Assembly: GCA_951406725.2 (NCBI GenBank)
Contig: OX597831.1
Span: forward strand, 50,344,001 to 50,408,000
Source: Octopus vulgaris
Lineage: Eukaryota
Direction: 5' to 3'
Length of the DNA stretch: 64,000 nt
How positions within the stretch are numbered: position 1 is the first letter of the stretch; each line of letters starts with the position of its first letter. The notes under the pieces are model-generated. The model did not search any database. It was not told the DNA's origin and saw nothing but the letters and a program-made list of their open reading frames with translations. Position numbers and translations under genes: made by a program. Shown here in pieces: positions 1-13,174 of this stretch.

Positions 1-499
1 ACCCGCTCCCCTCCAACAAGAAAACAGAAAAGAAAAGACACACAAAACCAAGACACAAAAAATGAACCCAGGCCAAACATTGTATGTATGACGGGAAAAG
101 AAAAGATTAAAAAGAAAATGGAAGAGTATCAATGGTGTGACAGAGGAACGATCAGGTATGCAGTAATTGGAAAAGAACGAATGGACGAGTTTATGGAGGT
201 GTGTGAAAGGGAGGATTGGGAAGTAGGTGAAGTGAGAATGGTTGAAAAAATCATGAGGGATTTGGAAGAGACGTTTGAAAAAAGGATGGAGATGGAAGGA
301 TTTTGTATAGGAACTGAACAAGGAGCATTTGTGTGGGATTAACAACTAAAGGACAGGTAAGTGATGCTAGCGGATGGGGCCGTTAGCATCACTTTCATAA
401 TATCATTTTCAAAATTCATCTTTCATTCTTTGTAATTGTGATGTTCTATGTCCCCAATGTTTGTAGTGTCCCCTCGTGGGTAATAAAGAAAGAAAAAAA
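1..499 (+). mobile_element. Possible 3' end of a non-LTR retrotransposon (terminal ORF fragment, 3' UTR, A-rich tail)
   Basis: Purine-rich ORF 88-342, then a T-rich segment, AATAAA at 482-487 and an A-rich tail. No diagnostic motif is recognised. Confidence 0.25.
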
Positions 500-1399
500 T
501 TGACTCTAGATGAATGTTGCTAATTTATATTGTAGATGCAGTGTAAGTTTCTACATAGTACAATCCATGTTTCTGTGGCGCAGAATATTCTGTCTCAGAG
601 AATCCAGTGCACAGTTGATGTTTATTTACGTTATTTACATATCGGCCATCGAAGAAAGAAGTCAAATGGGGTATGATTTTAACTCAAAAGGTAAAATTCC
701 ATAACTAAATACCGTAAATCCGGTATACGCAATAGAAGCAGTATTAAATTAAAGTAGCAATCTATGTATCATAATCAATGTTTATACACAATTTATACGC
801 CAGTTATTGAAGAATTCAGCTGAAGCTCAGAAAGGTTGAAATACATTTCATGTTCCCACTGGCCACTGCTGGGAACACTTTTCCCCTCTCCCTGACAATT
901 ATTGTGTTCTTAACAGAGTATGTCATTAAGAGATAATATCTCAGGAGAAATACCACAGTAACTGGCTTATGAGCGGTGTATATGCATTAACCATGATGCA
1001 TAGATGGCTATATTACATACTGTAAAATATTCCGTAGGACTCTAAAGAAAACTTCAATCAATTTGCTTTTCTCTTGATATATTCTTACTGGGCATCAGTT
1101 CACCGACCTAATATCGCCTCTCCTTAAACCAGTTATAATATTTATTTATTTATTTATTTATTTAGCGTTAAATGTATTACTGAGTCCGTGTCAGTAACAC
1201 CTTGCAATGACTTCACACAATCTTCTATATTTTAAAAAGTGTAATATCAGCAACAGTAAATAGCTACTTATAGCAACGACAAAAATAATCCTATCCCGAC
1301 AAAATCCTATATAAATCTTTAGGTTAGTTAGTTGTTTGAAATTATGGAATATCGGGTTAAACTCATAATATTTACTTTTGATATTTTTCATCTCTGGAC

Positions 1400-1750
1400 G
1401 ATGGCGAGCAGGGTGAACCGTCAGCGGCATTTCGTTCGTCTTTACGTTTTGAGTTCAAATTCCACCGAGGTCCACTTTGCTTTTCATTCTTTCGGGGGTC
1501 AATAAAATACGTATTAGTTCAGTACTGGGGGTTAATGCAATCGACTTATCTGAAGTTGTTGGCCTTCTACCAAGATTTGAAACCAATAATTTTAGTTCTA
1601 GAAGGCGGTGAACTAGCAGAATCGTTAGCAAACCGGGAAAGATGGTTAGTGGCATTTCGTCCGTATTTACATTCTGAATTCAAATTCTGCTGAGGTCTAC
1701 TTTGCTTTTCATGTTTTCGGGGTCGATAAAATAAGTACCAGTTGAATACC
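1400..1750 (+). mobile_element. Two tandem decayed copies of SINE family 2
   Basis: Both share 'gagttcaaattcc.ccgaggtc.actttgc.tttcat..tt.cggggtc.ataaaata' with the better copy at 57489-57720. Confidence 0.7.
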
Positions 1751-1869
1751 AATAATTTCATCCGACTTCACAGAAACTTTTGGTGTTGCGGCACTTTGTC
1801 CGTCTTCACAGTACCTTCGACAGAAGTTTATTAAACTTCTGCTATCTATACATTAGTATAGGCACCTAT

Positions 1870-2169
1870 GTGGAGGTACATGGCCTAGTAGCTAGAGCAG
1901 CGGATTCGCGGTCGAGGGATCGCTGGTTCGAATCTCAGACCGGGCGATGTGCGTGTTTATGAGCTAAACTCCACGCGGCTCCGGCTGAAGGTAATGCCGA
2001 GATTATGCTGACTCTTTCGCCACAACTTTCTCTCACTCTTTCCTGCTGCATCTTGCAGCTCAGCTGCGACGGACCGGCGTCCCGTCCAGGTGGGGAACCT
2101 ATACGCCAAGAGAACCGGGAAACCGGCCCTATGAGCCAGACATGACTTGAGAAGGAACCAATAACAACA
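1870..2169 (+). mobile_element. tRNA-derived SINE, family 3
   Basis: A-box-like 'tggcctagtagc' and B-box 'ggttcgaatc', with an (AAC)n tail. 12-bp TSD ATAGG(C/T)ACCTAT at 1858-1869 and 2170-2181. Homologous to 17393-17719. Confidence 0.8.
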
Positions 2170-2947
2170 ATAGGTACCTATATTTCATATAAGCATTTAA
2201 ATTAATTGCATTTAAATTAATTGAATTAATGCGGAGGACCAACATTGGTTCGTGAAAATGCGTTATCTGAAAAGGCTTTCGAATCAAAGTTTCCAGAAAA
2301 TCGTTGTTGTACCTATATGCTAAGGCAATTTTGTCACGTGGAATTGTTAGAACATTGAACAAAGACTGGCAGTAATTTAGTCAGTGTTAGTTACAGCATG
2401 GGTTCAAATCCCATGAACAGTAACTTTGGCATTCAGCTTTCCAGTGATAGTAACTAAGAATGATCGAGCGTTGAAGTTCGATTTAATTTACTAGAACCTC
2501 TTCCACAAATGTATGTCATTGTGTCAATATTACAAATCCCTAGTGTATAATCTATCAGACATGCCGCGTTGGGAAATGTTCATTTATTTTGATATATTTT
2601 TGCTTGTATAGTTAATTCCCGATAGAATCCTATATAAAATAATAAAGATGATTGATCATCTATTTATCATCTCATATAAAACCATTAAACAATTGCTTAA
2701 TTAAGTATGATTAATATATCGTCTACACTGAAGAAAGTGTAAGCGCAGCAACAATGAGTGGATGAACTTATATCTCCAGTATTCCCTCCTGCCCATTGAT
2801 GTAGAATTTCCAGTGAGGATGATTTGGTCTTTCATTAGTAAAAGTTCCATATCTTATATGCCTACAATATATTAGCTTCCTACCAGTTACTACAGCTTTC
2901 ATTCAAAACGTACTTTCCCAGTTTGAGAAGTTATATGAATATATATA

Positions 2948-3107
2948 GGCGCAAGAGTGGCTGTGTGGTAAGTAGCTTGCTTACCAACCACCTGGTTATG
3001 GGTTCAGTCCCACTGCATGGCATCTTGGGCAAGTGTCTTCTCCTATAGCCTCGGGCCGACTAAAGCCTTGCGAGTGGATTTGGTAGCTGAAATAAGCCCG
3101 TCGTATA

Positions 3108-3176
<69 letters not shown>

Positions 3177-3461
3177 ATGTCTGTCTGTCTGTCTGTATGC
3201 ATGTATGTATGTATGTATGTATGTATGTATGTATGTATGTATGTATGTATGTATGTATGTATGTATGTATGTATGTGTGCATGTTTGAAAACCGATGCTG
3301 GTGTGTTTACGTCCCCGTAACTTAACGGTTCGGCAAAAGAGACCGATAGAATAAGTACTAGGCTTACAAAGAATAAGTCCTGGAGTCGATTTGCTCGACT
3401 AAAGGCGGTGCTCCAGCATGGCCGCCGTCAACTGACTGAAACAAGTAAAAGAGTAAAGAGT
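2948..3461 (+). mobile_element. tRNA-derived SINE, family 1, with internal (TA)n(TG)n(TATG)n microsatellite
   Basis: A box 'tggctgtgtgg', B box 'ggttcagtcc', conserved 3' module ending 'caagtaaaagagtaaagag'. Four near-full copies occur in the window. Confidence 0.85.
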
Positions 3462-4637
3462 GTATGATCATTAAAACAATGGATGATCACATTGAAATAT
3501 CCATTAACTCTAATATATCTAGTTATCTTTTAATTTTCGATTATAATTCAATTAAAGCTAGTCAAGAATGAGTTATCTGCTTTCTATTCTAAGTTAAAAG
3601 TTTTACAGAAACTTTGAACGTAAAAATATCGCATTCCAGTCACCTAAATATCCGATGCAGTAAGATTATTCAAGAGAAATCAATACTTAACAACGATCCT
3701 CTTAGCTTTTAAGATATATTAAATTACAGTCACCTTTGTTTTACATTGTCAATTTATGTTGTTATTTCGATATTTGACACTGTAATTCAGCTCGAAATTA
3801 CTGTCGATCAATTCGATATATAATCGAAGTAAATTAATGTCTGTGTTTCAGGCATGGTATAAATAGATCTACATTAGCCAAATGTAAAACAAAATGTATA
3901 AAACTGACGAATGGAAATATACTATGTACTTATATATACAGAAAATTGCATATAAATACGTACTGTTAACTGACCAAAATTATTCATTAACTTTATATAT
4001 CCCTTTGAAAAGAATTTGCTTTCTCTGAAGCTGAAAGAAAATATACTAAATCTTATAATTCTGTTAGGTGCTTCCAAAAGAAACGTTATTTTCTAGTTTT
4101 AGAAACGCTAAAAAATACAATCAGCATTTCTCGATTAATCTAATATCTTAAAAAGCCAACACATTCAGGAGATTATTTACTAATAAAAATACTATTAGTT
4201 TGAATCTACATATATTGGCTATTTTGTGAACACTCCAAAACTATTTAAAAACTAACAGTATTGGGCAGAAAATAATATCATTGCTGGTCAGTAATTTCAA
4301 ACGAGGCGTCAATAGTCATTAATACAACAATGAACTGCGCTGCTGCATTGTATTATATGACTAAGTCGCTGGAATTAGTTGTTTTACTCTCAAATGTAAA
4401 CAGAATAATTTAACGCTTCAAGTTTCGCAAAGTAGAGAATTGCTGCGTCGTAAGTGTGTTAGAAAGACTTCCACGTTGTATTTTTTTTGCTTCATTTACG
4501 TTCTAATTTGAAATCCCACTGAGGTGAACTTTGCCTTTCACTCTTTTGGAGTCGATAAAGTAATCTCTAGCTAAGAATTGTGGTCAATGTAATCTACAAC
4601 ACCCTCCGACGAAATTTCAAGTCTTATGCCTGTAGAT

Positions 4638-4992
4638 TAGTGGTTCTCAACTGGGGGTCTATATGGTCCATGAAGGTCCTTATAAGATTTTGAGGGGTCC
4701 ACGTAACAAAATAGTAAATTGGGGATCCACAGTAATATTTTAAGGGCCCCTGAAAAAAGTTTTGGTTTAAATGTATATACTGGTGTGTATTGCAAGAAAC
4801 AACAAGCATTTTACATAGTTCAACCTACACAATTTAATGTGTGAAAAACGAAATAGGAATTTTGAAAGACGTTTCTATAAAACAAGTTTTAAACATCGAA
4901 TGACTAGAATGGCCAGATTTTAAACACCTGAATGGCCAGAATAAAATAGTTATCAAAGGGATCCATCGACAAAAAATGGTTGAGAACCCCTG
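4638..4992. mobile_element. Non-autonomous hAT (Charlie-like) MITE
   Basis: TIRs 'tagtggttctcaac' / 'gttgagaacccctg'. Perfect 8-bp TSD CTGTAGAT at 4630-4637 and 4993-5000. Inserted next to a family-2 SINE remnant. Confidence 0.85.
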
Positions 4993-5980
4993 CTGTAGAT
5001 GATACGATTATTATTATTAATATTGTTGTCGATAAGGCAGTGAGCTTGTAGAATCTTTAGCACACCAGCTAAAAATGCTTAGCTACATTTCGTCTGTTTA
5101 TTTTCTGGTAGAGCAGAGTGAGAGAGTGGAGGACAAATACTTTGGAAGAGTGGAAGACAAATACTTATGGCCAAGGCCTTATCAACATTTTCAAGTTTCA
5201 CTTGTAAACGAAGGCAAGAGTAGAAAGGGGATATGCTGTCTCCCAGTAAGTTTATTGAAATGTGGCTGAATGCGTCAAGATCCAAGTTAAGCATGTGCCT
5301 ATAGACTGAAGAAGGTTGATGTCGAGAGGGCTCTTGCCCCAGTGTTCAGTGCCATTGTGGTTTTGTGGTGTCACCACAAGCAGCCACAGAAAGTTTCCCA
5401 TTTTTCAGTAATTTTTCGTTGTTAAAATTTATATTACTAGCGGGTTTTTTTAATGTTCACACTCTTCAATTTACGTAACCCCCGCATTATTTGTCCTGTA
5501 CCGTCCCAAATGCTTTGTGTGAACCCTGAGTAACGAATAAAGAAAACACTAATATCATTATTCTTGGTGTACTCGAATGTTTTACATTCAGAATCAATGT
5601 CATTGTTGCCGGGTCACAATCGTTTTCCTTTGATATCGATGATTTTCTTACCATCTTTGTTGTTCCCAATAGAGCAGATCTCTGAATTAATGCAACTTTG
5701 GCAGTTACACCAATCTCAGTAAGAGAACTGTTAAGTCTGAGATAATGATAATACCTGAGGCATCTCTAACAACTGGGAATATTTTTATAGAAACCCTCTA
5801 CAGTCACTTTATTACTCTTGCTGTATCCTGATAGTTTCCTATTTTCTCCTGTTCACCACCACATTCATATCCGTAGATACAGCCAAATCTATGATGATGC
5901 AATCTGGTCACAGGTAATTTCGTGAGTGGTCTGTACAATAACAAATCCCCTGAAGTTTTGTACTGCTCGTTCTCAAGAAG

Positions 5981-6291
5981 CCCATCGTCTTGAAAAGGTC
6001 ACTGATTAACCTTTGTTGAAGAATGATTAACGAAATACCAATGTTTCCAGAGATGAATTATTCAAACACCAAACAATTCCTCTCAACACATGGCTATGAT
6101 GTTCCCCCGCTACTTCTGCTCGTGATCAGAGATGCCCATATCATCAGCCAAGAAGGTGCATGCTGGTTAAAGCCAAATAACTGACAAGCAAATCTGTAGC
6201 ATTGAGCATATTTGCTGTAGCCCAACTTCTATACCAAGACAAAACGTGTACATAACACTTCCAAACAGTTAAGATGAATAGTCATGAGACC
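5981..6291 (-). repeat. Partial copy of the AAT-associated ~540-bp repeat at 40038-40574
   Basis: Reverse complement matches ~40040-40380, e.g. 'ctacttctgctcgtgatcagagatgc' and 'tataccaagacaaaac'. Confidence 0.8.
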
Positions 6292-6314
6292 CATAGCCTG
6301 GCAATTCTTTTCCT

Positions 6315-6344
6315 CTTGTTGTTGTTGTTGTTGTTCTTCTTCTT

Positions 6345-6432
<88 letters not shown>
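6315..6432. repeat. Compound trinucleotide microsatellite (TTG)n(TTC)n(TTA)n
   Basis: Directly visible; forms the tail of a Dong-type 3' end at 6433-6459. Confidence 0.95.
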
Positions 6433-6435
<3 letters not shown>

Positions 6436-7329
6436 GTTTGACTTTTACTTTGTATTTGTTCAGTTCGTCTAATGTCCGTGTGGTTACCCCTACTCCATAT
6501 CTAAGGAGTGAAATCGCCCAGGTTTTGATAGCTTCAATCTTATTTCGCCCATGTAATTTCGACTTAAGGATCAGTTTCAGTCTGCGCAAGTACTCCACTT
6601 TAAAGTTTTCTGTCATCGCTTTCTCCATCAATTTATCCACATTCCCAAGTACTTATGGCCCGTCTCTTCAATCTGCTTCATAACCTTCCTCGACGGTATC
6701 GCTAGACCGGCCATACATTTAATTTTGCCTCTCTTCAAGACTAACACACCACACTTTTTCAGTCCGATATCGACACTGAAAGTACGAGGGAACTGACTTG
6801 GGATTCATCTTTACCATAAAGTTTGAAGTCATCCATGAATAACAAGCGGTTGACTTTTTGTTTGCGGCTTTTGAATACATACCCAGCTATTGCTTTCCTC
6901 AGAATCAGTGTTAGTGGTATCATGCACAGTACAAAGATCAGTTGGGACAGTTAGTCCCGTTGGAAGATGCCTCTCCTGATTTCTATTGTCCCTAAATTTC
7001 TTCCATATGCCGTCAGTTCCATCCTCCACTTCGCCATACTTTTTTGCAAGCAATCGTTCAACATTCGATGCAGTATCAAATAGGTTCATACATTCCATAA
7101 ACCAAGAATGTGGGATCATATCGTATGCCTTACGATAATCGATCCATGACATAGCTAAGTTAGCTTTCCTCCTTTTGAAATTTCTAAGTACATTTTTTCT
7201 ACCAGGTTTTGATCCTTGGTAACTCAGCACTTACGCTTGCCACATTTCTGCTTATGTGGCAGAACTACACTTTTTTCCAGATATCCGTACATTGACTCTG
7301 CGAGTATTTCAGTCAATAACTTCCACATA

Positions 7330-8247
7330 CGAGGGGCGTTCAATAAGTAATGCTCCTGACCCACTTGCAGTTATTTGATCTAGCTGAAATTTTGCATGTA
7401 CAATTTATATATTCATAGATTAAGTGGCAAATTACAGCTCTGAAATAATTGTGGTTTCTGATTTACAGGTGTTTGAACTGAGTCAAGTGTGAAATGGAGC
7501 CTGTTGAATGTCGAGCAGTGATCGGGTTTTTGTATTTGAAAGGACGCACACCACGGGAGACTTTTGATGAAATGAAAGTAACTTATGGTGATGATGCCCC
7601 ATCATATGACCTTGTAAAACGCTGGCATCGTGAATTCAAACATGGTCGGAACTTTGTGGCAACAGCTCCCAGATCTGGTCGCCCCCCTTCTGCCATTGAT
7701 GAGGCATCTGTCCGTCATGTTGAGGCTGCCATTTTGGAAGATCAACGCATAACTATTCGCCAAATAGCCCATGAGGTCAAGATTAGTACCGGGTCTGTAG
7801 AAACTATCATTCATGACCATTTGCATATGCAAAAGGTGTCTGCCAGATGGATTCCCAGGTTGCTCACATCTTTCCAGAAGCAAGAACGTGTCGATTGCTC
7901 GAGGATGAATTTGGAGATGTGCCAAGAAGATGAGTCAAACATTTTCAAAAGACTGATTACACAGGATGAAACCTGGGTCCATCACGATAATCCAGAGACC
8001 AAAGCCCAGTCAATGCAGTGGACACACCGTGACTCACCTCCTCCAAAGAAGGCAAGGGTGCAGCCCTCTGCTGGCAAGGTCATGCTCACAGTCTTCTGGG
8101 ACCAGGACGGAGTACTGATGACAGATTTCCTGGCAAAGGGTGCCACAATTACAGGAGCCTATTATGCTTCACTTTTGAGGAAATTAAGAGAAGCTATCAA
8201 AATCAAGAGGCGGGGCAACGCGCATGTCGCCAGATGAGAAGCACAGG
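7330..8247 (+). mobile_element. 3'-truncated mariner transposon (irritans/Bytmar-like) nested in the Dong-like LINE
   Basis: TA at 7328-7329 followed by the TIR-like 'cgaggggcgttcaataagtaatg'. The right TIR is missing. Confidence 0.85.
7494..8237 (+). pseudogene. Mariner transposase, truncated before the 2nd and 3rd catalytic Asp
   Basis: HTH region, 'PRSGRP', 'WIPRLL' (WVPHEL-like), 'ITQDETWVHH' (first D), 'GKVMLTVFWD'. The ORF ends at a deletion, 247 aa. Confidence 0.9.
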
Positions 8248-10311
8248 ATATCGGCCTTTAATTGTCTACGTGTTGCCTTTTTCGATGCTTTTCAAGCACA
8301 GCACTGCCCTACCTATTATCAACCACTCTGGTGTTACTTGTTCAGTATTTAACAAGGTGTTGAGTTGCGCATCTATTGGTGCATGACATTCACCAATCTT
8401 TTGATCCAGTAGCCTTGAACTCCATCTGGTCCCAGGGCCTCCCAGTTGCCTATTTTTTTGTTGATTTCCTTCACTTCCCTTACTGAAATGACTGGTTCTG
8501 CCTGTTTTGGACAGACTACTGTTTGTTTCAGTTCTTGCAACCATTCAGCATCCTTCTTGTTCTCCTTGTCTTTGCTCCAGATGTCACTCTAAAACCTTTG
8601 ACTTTCAATATTATCTGGTATCAACTTTTCATCTGTACGCTTTTCATCTATTCCTTTGTAGAGTCTCCTCTGATCTACCCCGAATAACCTATTCTACTGG
8701 TATCCCTTCATTCTTTGGTCGTATCTTACCATCTTTGCCTCCTGTGCAACGAAGCGCTGTTTAAGGTCCTCCATTATCACTTTCGAGCCCTATCTTTCCA
8801 TATTATACTTCCTGTTCATTCCTATTTCATTCACCTCTAAGCCTCCACCCCCTTTCTTTTCGGTCTAACACAGAAATGCCCTTCGAGAGCACATCTTTCC
8901 CCGCCTGTATTCTTCTTTTCTACCATGGCTCTTTTCTTTTGTGACTCCCATTACATTTCTTTCTCTTGACACCAACGCCTACATTTTCTGCTACAACAAT
9001 ACTCACTTAAGAATACTTAACTTGATCAAAGTATTTGTTTCTGTGATATTTTTGTTCTGATGTATTTCAGAATTTCGTTCACGTTTTAACTTCCTTCGTT
9101 CAATTTCCACCTTTTAAAGGTTGCAAATAATGTCGCTATCGTTCTCCTGTAGCATTGCCTGAATTATGTTGTAGATTGCATTTAGCCCATCTATCCCGTC
9201 ATCATTAGTTTTATTGTCAACTTCCAAACCATCTTCATGTACCTCATCGAGCAAGCTATCATTGTTCCTTTCCTGTTGTTTATTAGACATCTCACCTCTG
9301 TTTTCTGCTGTGGGATTACTGTATTTTCATAATTTCCTCTGCTGTTGTTTTCCAACAGCCATCTTTCCATAACTTCGATCTCTACTTCTGTGAACCAACA
9401 AATTTTTCTAACTGTTATAGCTTGATCGCATAATCTCTATTCCGTGAGTTGAAACAATCCTCTTTTTCTCCATTGATCATATATTCATTGTCGGATTCTC
9501 TTAAGATGAACACCATCTTCGTCTATACGGGTGGCTCAGGTAGTAACATTCCATTGCTGGTCCCTTGCTGGATAAGGACAGACTGGAGTCAGACCAGTAT
9601 CTCTAAGCCTGCTGGGTTTGACACTTTCACCATGAAGGGCTTCAGTTGCATTACCATTGTTATTCACAATATTTTGTTCTTTCACTGTCACTCATAGGAG
9701 GTAGCGATTATCAGGTTGCACAATTAACAATGTTTTTCATTGCGCACCATCAATAGCTGTATCAGCAATCAGAGTATAGGGTGATTCCAGCCACTTCATT
9801 TCATCATCATAATCATTATTATTATTATTATTATTTTCATTTTTTACTACTATTTGTCATTGTTAATATTTCCTCTGATCCTACATGAGTTTTGGCTAAA
9901 TTATTGTTAATATCATTATTACCATCTTTGTTATTAAAATGTTGCTTAGTTTCAACTTTTGTCTTGTACTTGAGATAATCATAAACATGTGAGTGTTTAG
10001 GGGAATGGTGGGAGCAAGCGAGGCGGGGTTGGTGAAGCGATTAAATTCCACAGGTCTGTAAATAGACCTGATGGTAAATAGACCAGATGGTGAAGAGATC
10101 AGCAAAGGGAATTCCTGTGCGATAAGGAGACAAAAGCTGCCTCACACACTTGGAGTCAGCAGAGGCCAAATGTGTTTACTACTACTAGCGATTATTATTA
10201 ATATTACTATTACGTTCTGAGTTCAAATGCCACCTAGGCTGACTTTGCCCTTCATGCCGTGGAATCGATAAATTACGTACCTGTTGAGCACTAAGGTTGA
10301 TCTAATCGAAT

Positions 10312-10366
<55 letters not shown>

Positions 10367-11181
10367 AAGTTTCTAGCCCTATGCCTGTATTCGAAGAATT
10401 CTTCTTCTTCTTATTATTATTATTATTGTAGTCGTTATTATGATTCGTGCAAGGTTTTTGAAGGGTCACACACAGCGTTTTTTTTTTCTTCGAGAAGAAG
10501 TAAGAGCAAAGCTAGTGATTAAAGAAGAAAAAGGAAGGTACTTAATTCCTCCGACGCGAAACCATGGGCTTTAGAACACACAACAGAAGTAAAAATATTT
10601 CGAAAGTAAGCGTGATGACAGGTTAAAACCGATTCCCGGTGACCCTTCATCCTTAGATATTATTACATGAAGAAACGATTATCTCATTTGAAGTACAGAC
10701 AAATTTATCAAAAATAATAATTGACGTGTGATAAATTCTACTTATCCGTTTGTCACTGATAACTTAACCCGTACACTGTATATTATCATTTGATGGATTT
10801 TTGCAGTATCCCTCGAAATATAACGACATTATTTGTGACACCATCTTTACTTCAACATCTTTCTTGGTGGTCGTCAGAGTGAATGAATTACTTTTAATTA
10901 TATTGTGAAATTAAATAATATTGTGCTTCCAAGTTACAACGTCAATTTGCTTTACTTTCATAACTTGTTTTATATATTTTTATATATTCATATTTGTTAC
11001 ATATTTTAGTGTTCAGTTATGCAATATTTTATATTTTCTCTTGCTTCCATTAAGATATTTTCTATTATTGCCTACGTTTTCATTTCTGGCTTTATCTTTT
11101 ACTTCTTTCAGTCAGGGGAATGCGGTCAAGCTTAAACACTGGCCTCGGGGTTTTTGTCAAACAAATATACCCCAGTACTTA

Positions 11182-12045
11182 CAAGGGTTAAACAAAATAA
11201 TAGAAACACTAGCATCATAGCATCATAATTTTGATTATTTTTATGATTTTGACTTATTTATTAGTGTTGCTTAATATGTTTTGCTAAAATTGTTTGTTTT
11301 TTTTGTTCAGATATCATCAGAAAAAGGTAATTAAAATTCATTAAAATGACACATCTATCGGACTTCCAAAGTGATTAAATTGTTGGTGCCCGTGTGGCTG
11401 GGGCTAGCGTGACGAAGACAGCTGAAATGTTTTGTGTATCAAGAAGTACTCTCTCGAAAGTAATGACACCCTTTGACAAAGAAAACGCCGGAGAAAACCA
11501 AATCTTTGAGATAGGGACTGTCGGAACCTTACGCGGATTGTTAGAAAGGATCACAAAAGTACAGCTCTCAAAATTACTGCAAAGATTAATGACCACCTCG
11601 AAAACCCAGTTCCTACAAAAACTATTCACCGGATTTCGTGGGAGGGCTGCAGTCAGAAAACCCTTACTTTCAAAAATAAACGTTGCAAAGTGTATAGACT
11701 GGAGTAAAAACCTCTAAGACGACTCCTCTTTACTTTATTTCCGACCACCGATCGAGTATACGTGTGGAGACAGCCAAAAAAAGATCACAATATTATTGAA
11801 CATTTATGGTGCATTGTAGAAAAAACAAGTAAAGTGTCTATATCCTCCACCATCATCACTACAAAAATTGGAGACTGTTTTAGCTGAAGAATAGACAAAA
11901 ATCCCTTCGCAAAAAATTCAAACTTTGTTTGAGTCCATACCCCATAGAATTCCAGCTGTAATTACTGTCAAAGGTGGTCCTGCCCGATATTGAAATAAAT
12001 TTGTTTGAAATTTTAAGGTGTTTCTATTATTTTGTCCAGCCCCTG
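11182..12045 (+). mobile_element. Decayed Tc1-like transposon with internal deletions
   Basis: Imperfect ~28-bp TIRs 'caagggttaaacaaaataatagaaacac' / 'gtgtttctattattttgtccagcccctg'. Peptide 'AGASVTKTAEMFCVSRSTLSKV...GRAAVRKPLLS'. Confidence 0.85.
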
Positions 12046-12771
12046 TTTTATTTATAAAAGTCTATTACTTCTTCTATCAGCTTCTCTTGCTAAGCGGGTC
12101 AGTTACGGGGATGTAAACAAATCAACATCAAGTTGCAAACAGTGGTAGGGGCAAAAAAACACACAGTTACACACATACACTCCTGCACACACAAACACAC
12201 ACACATTCAGTAAGGTACTTAAATACCACTTGCTATAATTAGAGCCATCGCTCCAAAACTACCACCAACTCACTGTTAAGAGACACGCGAGCAATGTATT
12301 GAACATAAGAGAAGCAGGCTTACATTGCGTGTCAAACAGTAAGGAAGGTATATTTCAATATCAATCGATTTCAACCACTGTATGAAAAGCATTCTGTGGG
12401 ATCATCAGTTGAAAATAATATTTTTAACATCTATTTCTGAAATATTCATCACATTACCTCGTGTGCATTCTTTACTCTAAACGTCCCCGCGACATTTAAA
12501 ACAAAACTATCCTGATAAACATTTTAAAACCACGATTCAATTGTAGCACCAGTAGAGGTAATTATAAGACCAGAATTAAATTCGATTTAATAAGTAACGC
12601 TATCACCTTCAACTGATTACCAACGCGGGAAGCTTGTTTGAATTAGTTCACTTTGAAAAAATCGCAGCGTAAGGATCCTTAATGAAACTGCATCAACTAG
12701 GATGTATCATTGCATACAGAGCAATACGCAGTCGCTGCAGTAGAAGCATATGTTGGTCATTGTTATATATG

Positions 12772-13174
12772 CTCTTTTACTCTTTTATTTGTTTCAGTCA
12801 TTTGACTGCGGCCATGCTGGAGCACCGCCTTTAGTCGAGCAAATCGACCCCAGGATTTATTCTTGGTAAGCCTAGTACTTATTCTATTGGTCTCTTTTGC
12901 CGAACCACTAAGTTACGGGGACGTAAACATACCACCATCCGTTGTCGAGCGATTTGGGGGGAGGGGACAAACACAGACACACAAACATATACATATATAT
13001 ATACATATATACGACTGGCTTCTTTCAGTTTCTGTCTCCCAAATCCACCCAGACGGCTTTGGTCGACCCGAGGCTATAGTAGAAGATACTTGGCCAAGGT
13101 GCCACGCAGTGGAACTGAACCCGGAACCATGTTGTTGGTAAGCAAACTACTTACCACACAGCCACTCCTGCACC
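12772..13174 (-). mobile_element. tRNA-derived SINE, family 1
   Basis: Reverse complement of the 2948-3461 family. Confidence 0.85.

Larger units (their letters stand above)
5650..9720 (-). mobile_element. Decayed Dong/R4-clade LINE (RT + restriction-like endonuclease), interrupted by insertions
   Basis: Minus-strand peptides: N-terminal 'RLCDQA..VRK..WFTEVEIE' (~9400), 'PEWLIIGRAVLCLK', 'RPISC', 'MWKLLTEIL', 'WIDYRKAYDMIPHSW', 'EYLRRLKLILKSKLHGRNKIEAI', and C-terminal 'CIIIDLAV...IQRSALLGTTKMVRK' (~5650-5900). Many stops and frameshifts; may comprise more than one copy. Confidence 0.8.

Noticed and set aside
1870-1945. tRNA-like sequence with A and B boxes
   Set aside because: It is the head of a SINE with TSD and a second copy, not a tRNA gene.
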